Shown here: positions 63,854 through 64,000 of the stretch, one piece after another
How the letters are laid out: each line of letters begins with the position of its first letter
Numbering within the stretch: the first letter of the stretch is position 1
Origin: Syncephalis fuscata S228
Taxonomy: Eukaryota; Fungi; Zoopagomycota
Reading direction: 5' to 3'
Assembly: GCA_025786725.1 (NCBI GenBank)
Contig: JAHLTZ010000004.1
Coordinates: forward strand, 806,001 to 870,000
Length of the DNA: 64,000 bases
Position numbers and translations under genes: made by a program
Notes under the pieces: generated by a model
What the model saw: only the letters and a program-made list of their open reading frames with translations
What the model was told of the DNA's origin: nothing
The model's database searches: none

Positions 63854-64000
63854 TTAAACACGTTGTGCCGAAGCACTTATAGGTTGTCGCTTCTTCATAC
63901 TTTCCCAGGCCACAAAGCGTGGATAAGTGTGCTGATACATCAATTCGCAGATCTCAAGCAGTGCAGCATCTAAAATGCGTACATCCGTGCATGGTTGACC
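63854..64000 (-). CDS. C-terminus of an RGS-domain protein (partial, enters from the window edge)
   Basis: Translates ...VRILDAALLEICELMYQHTYPRFVAWES...RV*, matching the RGS terminal-helix pattern FD.A..EI..LM...YPRF. Absent from the ORF track. Confidence 0.75.
   Translation of the reverse strand, partial: GQPCTDVRILDAALLEICELMYQHTYPRFVAWESMKKRQPISASAQRV

Overview
AT-rich eukaryotic DNA with short (mostly about 50-70 nt) spliceosomal introns, almost certainly fungal. Gene content and intron style suggest an early-diverging lineage (Zoopagomycota/Mucoromycota-like); this is inference only. The left end (to about 7 kb) holds housekeeping genes: a mitochondrial Era-like GTPase, DBP8 and SDH3. 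The right half (about 30-64 kb) holds an ABCC transporter, DCAF7/WDR68, a class-2 DYRK kinase, a disrupted Mn-CDF transporter, a hybrid histidine kinase, TRM112, asparagine synthetase, a GPCR and an RGS-domain C-terminus. Between them lies a 23-kb block of accessory-looking genes: LEA-like and dehydrin-like hydrophilins, a GPI protein, a BAHD acyltransferase divergent from a flavin monooxygenase, a frameshifted 7TM protein, and secreted Gly-rich and cationic proteins. This block is bracketed by a 79-bp, about 95% identical, inward-facing inverted repeat that ends in TA on both outer sides. Other signals missed by the ORF track include a highly structured ~290-nt ncRNA candidate, a 47-aa secreted peptide precursor, a ~400-bp dispersed repeat, and an ABCC lacking LSGGQ signatures in both NBDs. 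All calls were made by eye and no database searches were run.
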